NCBI GenBank assembly: GCA_018303945.1
Contig: JAGVXD010000007.1
Coordinates: 1-57,373, forward strand
Direction of reading: 5' to 3'
Source: Candidatus Pacearchaeota archaeon
GTDB taxonomy: Archaea > Nanobdellota > Nanobdellia > Pacearchaeales > GW2011-AR1
DNA length: 57,373 nt
In this document: positions 36,201-44,407 of the stretch, piece by piece
Numbering within the stretch: position 1 is the first letter of the stretch
Layout of the letters: each line of letters starts with the position of its first letter
The notes under the pieces: model-generated
Told to the model about the DNA's origin: nothing
What the model saw: the letters and a program-made list of their open reading frames with translations, nothing else
Database searches by the model: none
Made by a program: the position numbers and the translations under genes

Positions 36201-37208
36201 TGATTTTTCATTCCATGCATTGTTAACTTCTCTTATCTCGTTTCTTGCAGAAAGAGCAGACTTGTAGTCTCCAGCTTCAAGGTTTGTCTTCATCTGCGAG
36301 ATTAAAGTAATTATACGTTCTTTATAGTAAGAATCATCAAGGTTTTTCTCTATCTCCCCGGAAAATGAGCTTTCTTCAGACTCCCTGAATCCAGGACCGC
36401 GCCCTTGAGTCCAGAATTCAAGATTAATCCAACTCCATTGGCAATCTTCACACATTTCAAGTCTTCCAATCATTGCGAAATTATCACCTTCGTAAAAATC
36501 AATCTCGTATGATAATATTTTCTCGTCTTTTCTCTTATTTTCGCTTCCGAAAATTTCACCCATAATCTCTTCGCATTTGCCGCCGTTCTGCCTATAATAT
36601 GAATTAAACAGCTTTTCCACATTTACGCTCTCTTTTGCAAGAGCCTCCCCATTTGAAGATGAAGGGTCTGCTATGAAAGATTCAGCAAGAGATTTTATTG
36701 ATGAGAATTTATCCTTTATGTTAAGCTCGTCTTTAGGCCGTTTAAAGTCTATGTCAAAATTAAGCCTGTAAATTACTTCCTCTTTTTCTCCCCGTGTGAA
36801 AATAGAGGGCCAAGCATTTAATCGTATCTGAATTTTATTTCCATCGAATATTATCTTCTCCCAGACTGGGACCGGTCTGTCAAGTTTCTTTTCCTTTTGC
36901 TCTTTATCAGACCATGCCCATTTCATCTCTTCCGACGGCGAACCAAGAACATTGCGAATTTGCTCTTCCTTAAACAGCCCGCCTTCTTCACGGCTTACTA
37001 CTCCAAGTATTTCTGTAAGTCTCTGCCGGCTTGCACTTGCATAAACAAGAAGTTCAACGAAATTTATGTTGCCAATCTCATATTCTTCCGCATAGTGGAC
37101 AATTTTCTGGATTTCACCCTCAACTGTATTGTCTAAAGATAGAGCATTTGAGCTAAGAAAGACAAGCGCAGAAATAAATGCAAGCGCCACCAAGCCCCTT
37201 TTTACCAT
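33234..37208 (-). CDS. large secreted protein with Cys-rich modules and an extreme Ser/Glu/Asp-rich low-complexity core
   Basis: 1324-aa ORF with signal peptide MVKRGLVALAFISALVFLSSNALS. Clusters of spaced cysteines (CDNNQDDNKDSQIDCSDLQCGGQVCG..., CSQDCSTCPDYDAIECSG...). An ~200-aa acidic S/E/D/Q/R tract. No enzymatic motif recognised. Confidence 0.7.
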   Translation of the reverse strand: MVKRGLVALAFISALVFLSSNALSLDNTVEGEIQKIVHYAEEYEIGNINFVELLVYASASRQRLTEILGVVSREEGGLFKEEQIRNVLGSPSEEMKWAWSDKEQKEKKLDRPVPVWEKIIFDGNKIQIRLNAWPSIFTRGEKEEVIYRLNFDIDFKRPKDELNIKDKFSSIKSLAESFIADPSSSNGEALAKESVNVEKLFNSYYRQNGGKCEEIMGEIFGSENKRKDEKILSYEIDFYEGDNFAMIGRLEMCEDCQWSWINLEFWTQGRGPGFRESEESSFSGEIEKNLDDSYYKERIITLISQMKTNLEAGDYKSALSARNEIREVNNAWNEKSNNIRESTDNLFNNKEGEKQEEYGWIKREQERRKYEKELKANNYELRKEFYLNLFKDYEKKEFYFEQKEYEHRLLEQIREAGNEICDNNQDDNKDSQIDCSDLQCGGQVCGKQKVTREDGNNTIEEEIALYCIAGSCQAKEVLEQRQAVCGNHICEFGEQESCSQDCSTCPDYDAIECSGRVIFSGQNASGCPLPPICVQEVSSCNATSDCQQPLCGIAECIESTCKVTELQECRESECSEGEEQYLSCSSGERVVNAVCDSGIWKQLNAICTEGSTSSGNESTINDDVLGDQCITKEDCGNANDVCSNGICVAIPEAVQENTEITPSESEEPSNEQSEPAGSEEQLQEDTSPPSENEEQESPESAEDRVNEAPAPESSSTEQTEVTAGVIMNFLRFTFAKLTLTGFDIEESSSEEPSGTSSEPPQESSSSDSPSSETSDSGTSSESQEESQSQPSTDNSEQNQDTSNTQQNEEQPRREDSPEREEDRQRRDDEDRERRESEERERRDSQCSEDCTRTCKDAKIRPCAEKCIWESCGEDLECNIDEVKQSCESTCQSKEDLNACVKSCSDNCIKGKDFGVSFERNKQEFKEEVGVFRVGGMCRKSPTKTEAFIFFDGWGKNFEGWQRLKQKYYQGGQGEWCKNELENLQKQRQEFEKSFNQEFVTWFFEKYLANSADEWEQHISGIFELYWHDVEISRETAYQMNCLNLDTLPQYNLINVKYETEYGSLEFWEEIKTVRMPGLDKEVQALTPYMKTWVFPPREFIINEMKKSMKEHKFPGPSEDAAERENEGGPTEEEKMMIKQDKKFIEKINKITSKYGGNIDAVVQFKDMEKDEVVFNLYVQVNEEDILKMEPMLPSEVPQEDIRIEIDFNKMYDFIYSMEKEMQGERIESPPWDRTPRPTQRVKEVANGIQAWLKIKSIMNSANYYPKESESDSKALFNEFFSMMQNGGERGEHRDENKDKNAQESEGGWDSKEKITGEIISSLDL

Positions 37209-37324
37209 TGCAGATTTGACTACGTAGATGATTATAAATGCTTCTATTCTTTTATTTGCTGTTCTATTAATATCTGCTTTAATTATTCCATTCTATAAGT
37301 ATATGTTAGATCATTGGAATTAAG

Positions 37325-37918
37325 ATGGATAATGAACATCATGTTAAAAAAGCTTTTCTGATTTCTATGATTGTTTCTTTATCAATTAGTGTTTTAATTG
37401 GAATAGTTATATTTCTATTAGGATCGTTTGGTGAAACACAAACTAGAATACTATTAACCACTTTGACTATAGTTGGATTTAGCCTTGCAGGGCTCTGCAG
37501 TGCAACATTATATGATAAACAAAACTATGTTCAGCCTGTTAGGAATTATAGTTGCAGTATTGGGGTTTATTGTTACAACTGCTCTTATCTGGATATATTG
37601 GGAGTAGGTAAAGTATGTAGATTTGGTCTTACATTAATATTACTTTCATTCACATTTTCCCATGTATCTTTGCTTCTTCTTATAGACACGGAAAGAAGTT
37701 CAGTTAAGGCGTCTCTCATAGGCACTATACTCTTTATAGCATTAGTGGCATTTTCGCTATTGGCTGTTATTTGGGATCTTATCAGATTTGAACAGTTCTA
37801 CATTAGGCTATTTGGGGTATTTGCAATTTTAGATGTACTTGGAACGATTATTACACCAATAATCTATAAAGTTACAAAGATGAAACAGCAAGACACATCT
37901 TTTTCTCAGACTTATTAA
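37325..37918 (+). CDS. polytopic membrane protein
   Basis: 197 aa with about 5-6 hydrophobic helices. No motif recognised. Confidence 0.5.
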   Translation: MDNEHHVKKAFLISMIVSLSISVLIGIVIFLLGSFGETQTRILLTTLTIVGFSLAGLCSATLYDKQNYVQPVRNYSCSIGVYCYNCSYLDILGVGKVCRFGLTLILLSFTFSHVSLLLLIDTERSSVKASLIGTILFIALVAFSLLAVIWDLIRFEQFYIRLFGVFAILDVLGTIITPIIYKVTKMKQQDTSFSQTY

Positions 37919-38030
37919 TAACTTCTAATCGAAAGGAAAGTATTGCGATTCTACAGCCTCACAAGGCGGAACGAAGAGCCTTTATAAAGAGTACACAATT
38001 TTCACCATGTATATAATTTAAGAGTATAGA

Positions 38031-38158
38031 TGCGGGAGGGAGGATTCGAACCTCCGTAGGCACTAAGCCACAGGATTTCTTCAATCCTGACTTTGAGCCG
38101 CTCTAGCGAACGGCCGACCTCTTAAGTCCTGCCCTTTTAACCACTCAGGCACCCCCGC
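38031..38158 (-). tRNA. tRNA-Leu(UAA) with a ~44-nt intron at the canonical 37/38 position
   Basis: Minus strand: acceptor GCGGGGG/CUCCCGC, 3-bp D stem, anticodon stem CAGGA/UCCUG with loop CUUAAGA once 38076-38119 is removed. Long variable arm UGGCUUAGUGCCUAC, T arm GGAGG-UUCGAAU-CCUCC, discriminator A, no encoded CCA. Confidence 0.85.
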
Positions 38159-38199
38159 ATTAAAATTAAGATGAGAAATGCATTATAAAGGTTGCTATT
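38159..38199 (-). promoter_or_regulatory. archaeal TATA-box promoter block of tRNA-Leu (41 nt identical to 45212-45252)
   Basis: Minus strand reads AATAGCAACCTTTATAATGCATTTCTCATCTTAATTTTAAT and is followed directly by the tRNA. TTTATAAT is centred about 27 nt upstream of tRNA position 1. Confidence 0.6.
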
Positions 38200-38467
38200 T
38201 TATGAGCTGAAAGTTATGTGGAAAACTGAAGATGGAAAAGGGGCATATTCCTCTGTCTATAATAACGGAAATTTCAGGAGAGCGGCAAGAGAAAGACTTG
38301 TAGAATTGAAGTAATTTTTTCTTTTTTTGTTCCCCTTCCCTTTCTATAAATTAGAAAACTTCTTTTTCTTAAAGTGAAAATTCGATTGCATATAACATCA
38401 GAATTTAACGAAGTTTATTTTTCAGAGCGAAGGAAAAATTCAAAGTCTTTTAGACTATATTGAAAAA

Positions 38468-38478
38468 TAGGGGCCGGC
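38468..38478. repeat. left arm of an 11-bp G+C-rich inverted repeat TAGGGGCCGGC (partner at 39328-39338)
   Basis: Read directly. The arms bracket one gene plus its structured leader. Confidence 0.55.
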
Positions 38479-38577
38479 GAGTCTATTATTAATTTTATAG
38501 TAATGTCATTATCAAAAATACGATGCGCACCCCATCCTAAAGGAGGGGGTTTGAGAAAGCGCTCGTGTTTTGGATGC

Positions 38578-38628
38578 TCAAGAGACGACCACACCTTTCA
38601 AGGTGTGGTTTTCTGTCAAGTCTCTTGA
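38578..38628 (+). promoter_or_regulatory. nested hairpin in the leader of the 38669 gene
   Basis: Outer stem TCAAGAGAC (38578-38586) pairs with GTCTCTTGA (38620-38628). Inner stem CCACACC (38589-38595) pairs with GGTGTGG (38602-38608) and is followed by TTTTC. A second imperfect G+C-rich hairpin lies at about 38531-38551. Confidence 0.4.
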
Positions 38629-38668
38629 CATAAAGATATTTAAAATACTGTTCTATTCCATTAATAAT

Positions 38669-39310
38669 ATGGTAAACCCAAGAATGCAAGGGCAACCTGA
38701 TTACTACTTATTTGTCATAGATACTGATAAATATGCAGGAAATTTTGAAAGAGAAATGTGTGCATATATTACTGGTCAGATAGGAGAATGTGAAGTTGGA
38801 AAAGAAAACGCAAAACTTGCTAGACAAGAAATTCCAGATGTGGTCGCCAGACTTGATGAATTGATTGATAGTGTTCCCGATGAAAATGGTTGTCATAGAC
38901 CTGTCTCAATTTTTCCAACACCGGGATGGTTTAATAATGGAATGGGGGGTCATTTTAGAGATGGTCAGGAAGAGAAAGCATTGGCTCATTACAAACAAGA
39001 AACTAAAAAATACTACGAAAAAGCTCCAGAAAGCTATGCAGAAAATCTAAGAGAGAAAGTGCGTGTGGAAGGCCAACAGAAAATTGATGAGGCCAATGCA
39101 CTTACTGTAGTACAAAAATATCCTGCATATATGAGCATAGCAATTTATTTTCATTCAATTCCTGATAGAGATCTAATAGATGTAATAAAACAACGAGCAA
39201 GAGATATTGCAGCACAAGGGGTTGGACTAAGATTATTTGAAAGCCAAGTAAGAATTGATGGATTTAGATTTTTAGAACAATACACTACATACAAAGAATT
39301 GAATTTATAG
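38669..39310 (+). CDS. hypothetical protein (213 aa from the internal ATG)
   Basis: Protein-like composition from MVNPRMQGQPDYYLFVIDTDKYAGNFEREMCAYITGQIGECEVGKE... onwards. The track ORF's first 33 codons (TTG start) cover the hairpin region and look non-coding. No motif recognised. Confidence 0.55.
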   Translation: MVNPRMQGQPDYYLFVIDTDKYAGNFEREMCAYITGQIGECEVGKENAKLARQEIPDVVARLDELIDSVPDENGCHRPVSIFPTPGWFNNGMGGHFRDGQEEKALAHYKQETKKYYEKAPESYAENLREKVRVEGQQKIDEANALTVVQKYPAYMSIAIYFHSIPDRDLIDVIKQRARDIAAQGVGLRLFESQVRIDGFRFLEQYTTYKELNL

Positions 39311-39327
39311 ACACTACTCTTTTTCTT

Positions 39328-39338
39328 GCCGGCCCCTA
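39328..39338. repeat. right arm of the 11-bp inverted repeat GCCGGCCCCTA
   Basis: Exact reverse complement of 38468-38478. It lies 18 nt after the stop of the 38669-39310 gene. Confidence 0.55.
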
Positions 39339-39564
39339 AATAATATTTCTCCAAACGATTGAGATTAACATCGCGATTAAGAGAAGTTTGCGGAACGCTC
39401 GAAAGTTTTTTCTAAAAGAAAGAATTTGGGAAACCGAAGTGCAAAGAAGTTTCAGTTAAATTCCTGTTACTAATCAAACTGGCAAGCCCTAAATATCTAT
39501 CGTAAAAGATTTTCTTGCTTCAGGCAAAACACCAAGATATTTTATACTAATTACCTGATAAACA

Positions 39565-39723
39565 TTATTCCTCTGTTCCAACTTTAGACAGAATATTCTT
39601 TGTTTCTTTGGTTACATAACGCAGGACTTCCTCGTCACTTGCATGAGGATGCTCGCGCTTATACTGCAAAGCATGTGAAGCACCGGATATCAGTGCGATT
39701 TTCAGCATATTAGTTTCGTTCAT
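39565..39723 (-). CDS. possible 52-aa protein
   Basis: Hand translation MNETNMLKIALISGASHALQYKREHPHASDEEVLRYVTKETKNILSKVGTEE. It lies 22 nt downstream of the 39746-40366 gene on the same strand. Below the track cut-off. Confidence 0.3.
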   Translation of the reverse strand: MNETNMLKIALISGASHALQYKREHPHASDEEVLRYVTKETKNILSKVGTEE

Positions 39724-39745
39724 AAATGTCTTGAGAGCATTTGGT

Positions 39746-40366
39746 TTAAAAGGATTGTTGTAGTTGCCTCTCTACATCTACATAATGGGTATCTTTTGCA
39801 GGATTTGGATACTTTTTATCTCTAGCCATATGAGAGCGAAGATTATGATACCATACGCTTGCCAGTGCATCTGCTATCCTCAATAAATGAGAATACAATG
39901 TTGGAGATTCCGCTTTCTTTTTAGGATATGAATTTATACCTATATCCGGAGAATGCTGAAAGAGATCATCGTATTTGATTCTCTCCTCCAGAACACTCTT
40001 CAGCCTCTCCCTCTCCCGCTCCAATAATATTCCATCTACCTGAATATTTATGGTCTCAAGGTTATCTAAGTATCTTTTGTCTTGACGGCTTAAATAATTT
40101 CCAATTAAATATGGAGTTGCAATAATGAGATTTGAATAAAGAGACGAAGTATTATGATGCATTTGAGTAAACCTATAATCTTTGCGATTGCAGTTTATCC
40201 ATGAAGATACCTCATCTTTTTTTAAACGGGCTGGCCTGCCTTTTATTTCAACAAGTCTTGCTTCTCCCTCTTCTGGAGAAAAAGCTGCGGCAATTATTTC
40301 TTCATAACGGGATTTATGGTGGTTTGATTCGTCAAGACCTATGAAAAGTGAAGACCCTATATTCAT
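39746..40366 (-). CDS. hypothetical protein (weak DUF3800-like N-terminus)
   Basis: 206-aa ORF. The N-terminal FIGLDESNH resembles the DUF3800 start motif (h-h-D-E-S-G), which is a weak match. Confidence 0.5.
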   Translation of the reverse strand: MNIGSSLFIGLDESNHHKSRYEEIIAAAFSPEEGEARLVEIKGRPARLKKDEVSSWINCNRKDYRFTQMHHNTSSLYSNLIIATPYLIGNYLSRQDKRYLDNLETINIQVDGILLERERERLKSVLEERIKYDDLFQHSPDIGINSYPKKKAESPTLYSHLLRIADALASVWYHNLRSHMARDKKYPNPAKDTHYVDVERQLQQSF

Positions 40367-40479
40367 TTGAGAATGATGTGGGCAGGTATTTAAAGCATTG
40401 TGGTAATGAAAAATAAGGAAAGATGAGAGTAAACATTTAAATAAACGTTCGTTTAAGGAGATATACTGAAGAGAGTGCT

Positions 40480-41313
40480 ATGAATTACCTACAATCGATG
40501 CAAAATGAACTGAAGTTCCGAGGTTTATCACCCTTAACTGTGCGCAACTATTCTTTTTTTGTTGATAAGTTCATTAAACATGCAGGCAAAGATCCTGAAG
40601 GACTTGCGCCTGAAGATGCGAAGAATTATCTGGCATCATTATATGACACTAAATCCAAAAATACTATAATGCTGGCTGCTGCGGCACTCAAATTCTTCTA
40701 TACTGAAATTATTAAAGTTGATTTTGGAGAAATTAAAATTCCTAAGAAAGATAAAAGTCTTCCCTCAGTATTAACTAAGGAAGAGGTGCGGAAATTAATC
40801 GATACTGCAGATACAGAAAAGTCGCGATTGATTATTTCATTGCTATATTCAACTGGACTGCGTGTTTCTGAATTGGTTAATCTAAAAATAGATGACATTA
40901 ATTTTCAGGAGAACACGGGGTGGGTGCGCAGAGGCAAAGGTGCAAAGGACAGATTATTTGCAATGTCTCCAACAATCTCACAATACATAAGAGAATATCT
41001 TGAGGGAAGAGAGCACAAATATGTCTTCTCAAAGGAAGAGCCGCTTACAACTAGAAACATTCAGAAAATAATTAAATTTACAAGTCATAAGGCAGGTATT
41101 GCAAAAAGAGTAACTCCTCATACTCTTCGTCATAGTTTTGCCACGCATTTGCTTGAACAAGGAACAGACATAAGAATTATACAAACAATGCTTGGACATT
41201 CATCACTAAATACAACTCAAGTATATACCCACGTTTCAAGCGAGCAAATAAAGAAAATACAAAATCCATTTGATTTACTTATTTCTTCTGCTATTGCACA
41301 GAACGTTGGCTAA
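40480..41313 (+). CDS. xerA: XerA/XerC/XerD-type tyrosine recombinase
   Basis: YSTGLRVSELVNLKIDDI (Arg I), HTLRHSFATHLLEQG (H-x-x-R), LGHSSLNTTQVYTHV (His...Tyr). 277 aa with an N-terminal SAM-like domain. Confidence 0.85.
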   Translation: MNYLQSMQNELKFRGLSPLTVRNYSFFVDKFIKHAGKDPEGLAPEDAKNYLASLYDTKSKNTIMLAAAALKFFYTEIIKVDFGEIKIPKKDKSLPSVLTKEEVRKLIDTADTEKSRLIISLLYSTGLRVSELVNLKIDDINFQENTGWVRRGKGAKDRLFAMSPTISQYIREYLEGREHKYVFSKEEPLTTRNIQKIIKFTSHKAGIAKRVTPHTLRHSFATHLLEQGTDIRIIQTMLGHSSLNTTQVYTHVSSEQIKKIQNPFDLLISSAIAQNVG

Positions 41314-41369
41314 AAGTTGTCTTTAAATATTCAACGCGATATTATATAGAAAAATTCATTAAAAGTAAG

Positions 41370-43175
41370 ATGTGTGGAATTATAGGTTCTATAGGAGTTA
41401 AAAATGCCGTTCCTGTTCTTTTGAAAGGATTGGAGAGGCTTGAATACAGAGGATATGACAGCGCAGGAATTTGCGTCGTCACTAATAATTCCCTTGTTGT
41501 AATAAAAAAGACTGGAAAGGTTGCTGAACTTGCTGCGCATAGTGCCATTTCTTCCCTGAAAGACACAACTATAGGTATTGCTCACACTAGATGGGCGACA
41601 CACGGAAAACCAAGCGAAGAGAATGCTCACCCGCACTTAGACTGCAAAGGAGAAATTGCTATAGTGCATAACGGAATTATTGAAAACTATCACAAGCTTA
41701 AGAATGAACTTGAAGAAAAAGGACATGTGTTCCGCTCTGAAACTGATTCCGAAATAGTTGCTCATTTGATAGAATATTATTACAACGGCAATCTTGAAAG
41801 AGCAGTCATCATGGCTTTAAAAAAAGTTGAGGGCGCTTTTGGACTTGCAGTAATGCATAAGTCAGAGAAAAGCATTGTTGCTGCAAGGCGTGGCTCTCCT
41901 CTTGTCCTTGGCATAAGCGATGGAGCAATGTTTGTAGCTTCTGACGTATCTGCATTGCTAGATTATACTAGTAGAGTTATTTATCTAGATGATAACGAAG
42001 TAGCCACGCTCACTTCTAAGAGCTATACTATTAAGACACTAGAAGGAAACATGATAAGGTCCCGGGCAGTGCAGGAAATTGACTGGAATATAGATAAAAT
42101 AGAAAAACGAGGGTATAAACATTTTATGTTAAAGGAAATTCTTGAACAGCCTATAAGTATAGAAAAAGTTCTTCAGAATCGAATAATAAATAATAGAATA
42201 TTGCTTGATATAAAAATAGATATTAATACGTTGAAAAGGTTATATATTGTTGCATGCGGAACTAGCTGGCATGCAGCACTGGAAGGGAAATATATAATTG
42301 AGAGAATTGCAGGAATTCCTGTGGAAGTTGATTATGCGTCAGAATTTAGATATAGAAATCCTTTATTCATAAAGGGGGATGCAATAATAGCTATATCGCA
42401 GTCCGGAGAAACAGCAGACACTCTGGCGGCAATACGGCTTGCAAAAGAGAAATCTCTGCCTATAATAAGTATAGTAAATGTTGTCGGTTCGGGCATTGCT
42501 CGCAATTCGGATTCGGTCATTTATCTTAATGCCGGACCTGAAATTGGAGTCGCTAGCACTAAAGCATTCACCGCTCAAATAATGGCTCTTGTTCTCTTTG
42601 CACTTTATATAAAACAAGAAAGAAATGATATAGCAGATAATGAGATATTGAATTCTCTCAAAGTTATAAATTGCTCAATTAAAGAAGTTTTGAAATCACG
42701 AGAAGAGATAAAGAAAATCGCCGATGAGATATATGCCAGCCGCGACGCTTTATATTTAGGAAGGGGGATGCAATTCCCAGTTGCACTTGAAGGTGCATTA
42801 AAACTAAAAGAAATATCATATATTCACGCAGAGGGCTATCCTGCCGCTGAAATGAAACATGGACCAATTGCTCTTGTGGAAGAAGGTACACCAGTTATTG
42901 CTTTGGCTATGGAAGATGTATTACATGAAAAGATGATAAGCAATATACAGGAAGTAAAAGCGCGAAAAGGAAAAGTAATAGCTATAACTGACTCTCAAAG
43001 CTTGAGAGTTTCATCGCTTGCTGACAGAGTCATAAAAGTTCCTAAAGTTCTGGATATACTCTCCCCTATTGTTACAAGCATACCTCTGCAGTTGCTTGCA
43101 TATTATGCGGCTGTAAAAAGGGGGATTGATGTTGACAAGCCAAGAAATCTGGCAAAAAGCGTGACTGTGGAATGA
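41370..43175 (+). CDS. glmS: glutamine--fructose-6-phosphate aminotransferase
   Basis: N-terminal nucleophile MCGIIG, class II GATase domain, two SIS domains, and the C-terminal ...KPRNLAKSVTVE typical of GlmS. Confidence 0.92.
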   Translation: MCGIIGSIGVKNAVPVLLKGLERLEYRGYDSAGICVVTNNSLVVIKKTGKVAELAAHSAISSLKDTTIGIAHTRWATHGKPSEENAHPHLDCKGEIAIVHNGIIENYHKLKNELEEKGHVFRSETDSEIVAHLIEYYYNGNLERAVIMALKKVEGAFGLAVMHKSEKSIVAARRGSPLVLGISDGAMFVASDVSALLDYTSRVIYLDDNEVATLTSKSYTIKTLEGNMIRSRAVQEIDWNIDKIEKRGYKHFMLKEILEQPISIEKVLQNRIINNRILLDIKIDINTLKRLYIVACGTSWHAALEGKYIIERIAGIPVEVDYASEFRYRNPLFIKGDAIIAISQSGETADTLAAIRLAKEKSLPIISIVNVVGSGIARNSDSVIYLNAGPEIGVASTKAFTAQIMALVLFALYIKQERNDIADNEILNSLKVINCSIKEVLKSREEIKKIADEIYASRDALYLGRGMQFPVALEGALKLKEISYIHAEGYPAAEMKHGPIALVEEGTPVIALAMEDVLHEKMISNIQEVKARKGKVIAITDSQSLRVSSLADRVIKVPKVLDILSPIVTSIPLQLLAYYAAVKRGIDVDKPRNLAKSVTVE

Positions 43176-43189
43176 GTATAGTAAATATA

Positions 43190-43546
43190 TTATCTTATCT
43201 TCGCAGGCTGTTCGGCTGATTTGTACATTCTGCCATCAACTATCACAAAGAAGTATTTAGAAAAATCTCCTAAATGTTCTATTTCTTTTTCCGCTATTTC
43301 TGTAAGTGAAAGGTCTATTGGTATAGGGTGGTACCCACCGCTTATTCTCATTTCAAAATCCCTTATTGGCCCTGAATTTAATTTTTCTCCAATGGAGATT
43401 TCGCTTTTACTTAATTCTCCAAGAAGAACAACATAATCTGAATTACTCTGAACTATATTAAGGGCTAGATAACCTCGTGCTGGAAAACGAGCATAATTAT
43501 CGGGTATGAATAGTTTTACTGCGACCGGCTCATATTTTGCTTTCAT
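43190..43546 (-). CDS. hypothetical protein
   Basis: 118-aa ORF downstream of the r-protein operon. No motif recognised. Confidence 0.45.
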   Translation of the reverse strand: MKAKYEPVAVKLFIPDNYARFPARGYLALNIVQSNSDYVVLLGELSKSEISIGEKLNSGPIRDFEMRISGGYHPIPIDLSLTEIAEKEIEHLGDFSKYFFVIVDGRMYKSAEQPAKIR

Positions 43547-43583
43547 GGTGTTCTCAGTTTGGCCTGAGTGCTGCCACCTCTAG

Positions 43584-44000
43584 TTAACGATATGATTTCT
43601 GTCTCTTTGCCCTTGGAGCGGAGTCGCCCGGCTTTGAAGCTTCTTTGCGACGCGCATCTGGAACGACCATATTCCTATCATAAGCGATAAAGGCTTTCTT
43701 AAGTGTTTCTGAACCAGTAATCTCAATAAGTGCTTTTGCAAGAGCAAGACGTGCTGCTTGAATCTGCGCTTCTTTGCCTCCTCCAGAGGCTCTGATGTAA
43801 AAGTCGTATCGCAAATCCTCTCCAAGTTCGTGCTGAAAAATGCGCAGGGGCTCGGCAAGAGCAAGCTTGTGAAATAGGGGAAGTTCATTTGCAGGAAGCC
43901 CTTTATAATAAACTTCTCCCTTGCCGGCTTTCATACGAATTTTAGCTACCGCTTCTTTTCTCTTTCCAGTCATAATCCTAGAAAGCAAAATATCTGCCAT
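43584..44000 (-). CDS. rps9: 30S ribosomal protein uS9
   Basis: GGGKEAQIQAARLALAKAL and the C-terminal ...RRKEASKPGDSAPRAKRQKSYR are typical of uS9. Follows L13 as in the archaeal operon. Confidence 0.9.
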   Translation of the reverse strand: MADILLSRIMTGKRKEAVAKIRMKAGKGEVYYKGLPANELPLFHKLALAEPLRIFQHELGEDLRYDFYIRASGGGKEAQIQAARLALAKALIEITGSETLKKAFIAYDRNMVVPDARRKEASKPGDSAPRAKRQKSYR

Positions 44001-44407
44001 TATGCCTCCCTCAAAAGCTCTGATAGCTTTAATGAAGCATGAGAAATCTGTCTAGGCAAAGTAGTCTTGCTACTTTGTACATATTCTTGTGGTATTTGTG
44101 AATAGCAGCGTATTCTATTGAGCGCATCTCGACCTCTCTGTTGTTTGTGAGAAAGCATTCCCCTGACAGTTCTCTTTACATATCTCTCCGTGCTTTTTCT
44201 AGGAATCTTAGGTCCTTTCAAACCAGAACCTCCACGAGTTACGTTTGTTCTGTACTCTAAATAGATATTTTTACGATTTCCCGTTATAAGTACGTCATCG
44301 CAGTTTAATATGATTACTGACTTTCCCAAAAGAGCCTGCTTAGCTACATAGCTGGCAAGTCTCCCCAATACAGTGTTTGAAGCGTCTATTATAATTTGAT
44401 TATTCAT
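44000..44407 (-). CDS. rpl13: 50S ribosomal protein uL13
   Basis: IIIDASNTVLGRLASYVAKQALLGKSVIILNCDDVLITG matches the uL13 N-terminal signature. Confidence 0.9.
   Translation of the reverse strand: MNNQIIIDASNTVLGRLASYVAKQALLGKSVIILNCDDVLITGNRKNIYLEYRTNVTRGGSGLKGPKIPRKSTERYVKRTVRGMLSHKQQRGRDALNRIRCYSQIPQEYVQSSKTTLPRQISHASLKLSELLREA

Noticed and set aside
33751-37136. ORFs on both strands inside the 1324-aa gene (e.g. 34583-34984 -, 34978-35571 +, 34649-34999 +)
   Set aside because: They arise from the low-complexity Ser/Glu-coding tract and from antisense frames. They have no start context and overlap a long, coherent ORF.
43580-43888. 102-aa ORF overlapping rps9 in another frame
   Set aside because: The rps9 frame gives a textbook uS9 sequence. 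The alternative frame has no recognisable features.
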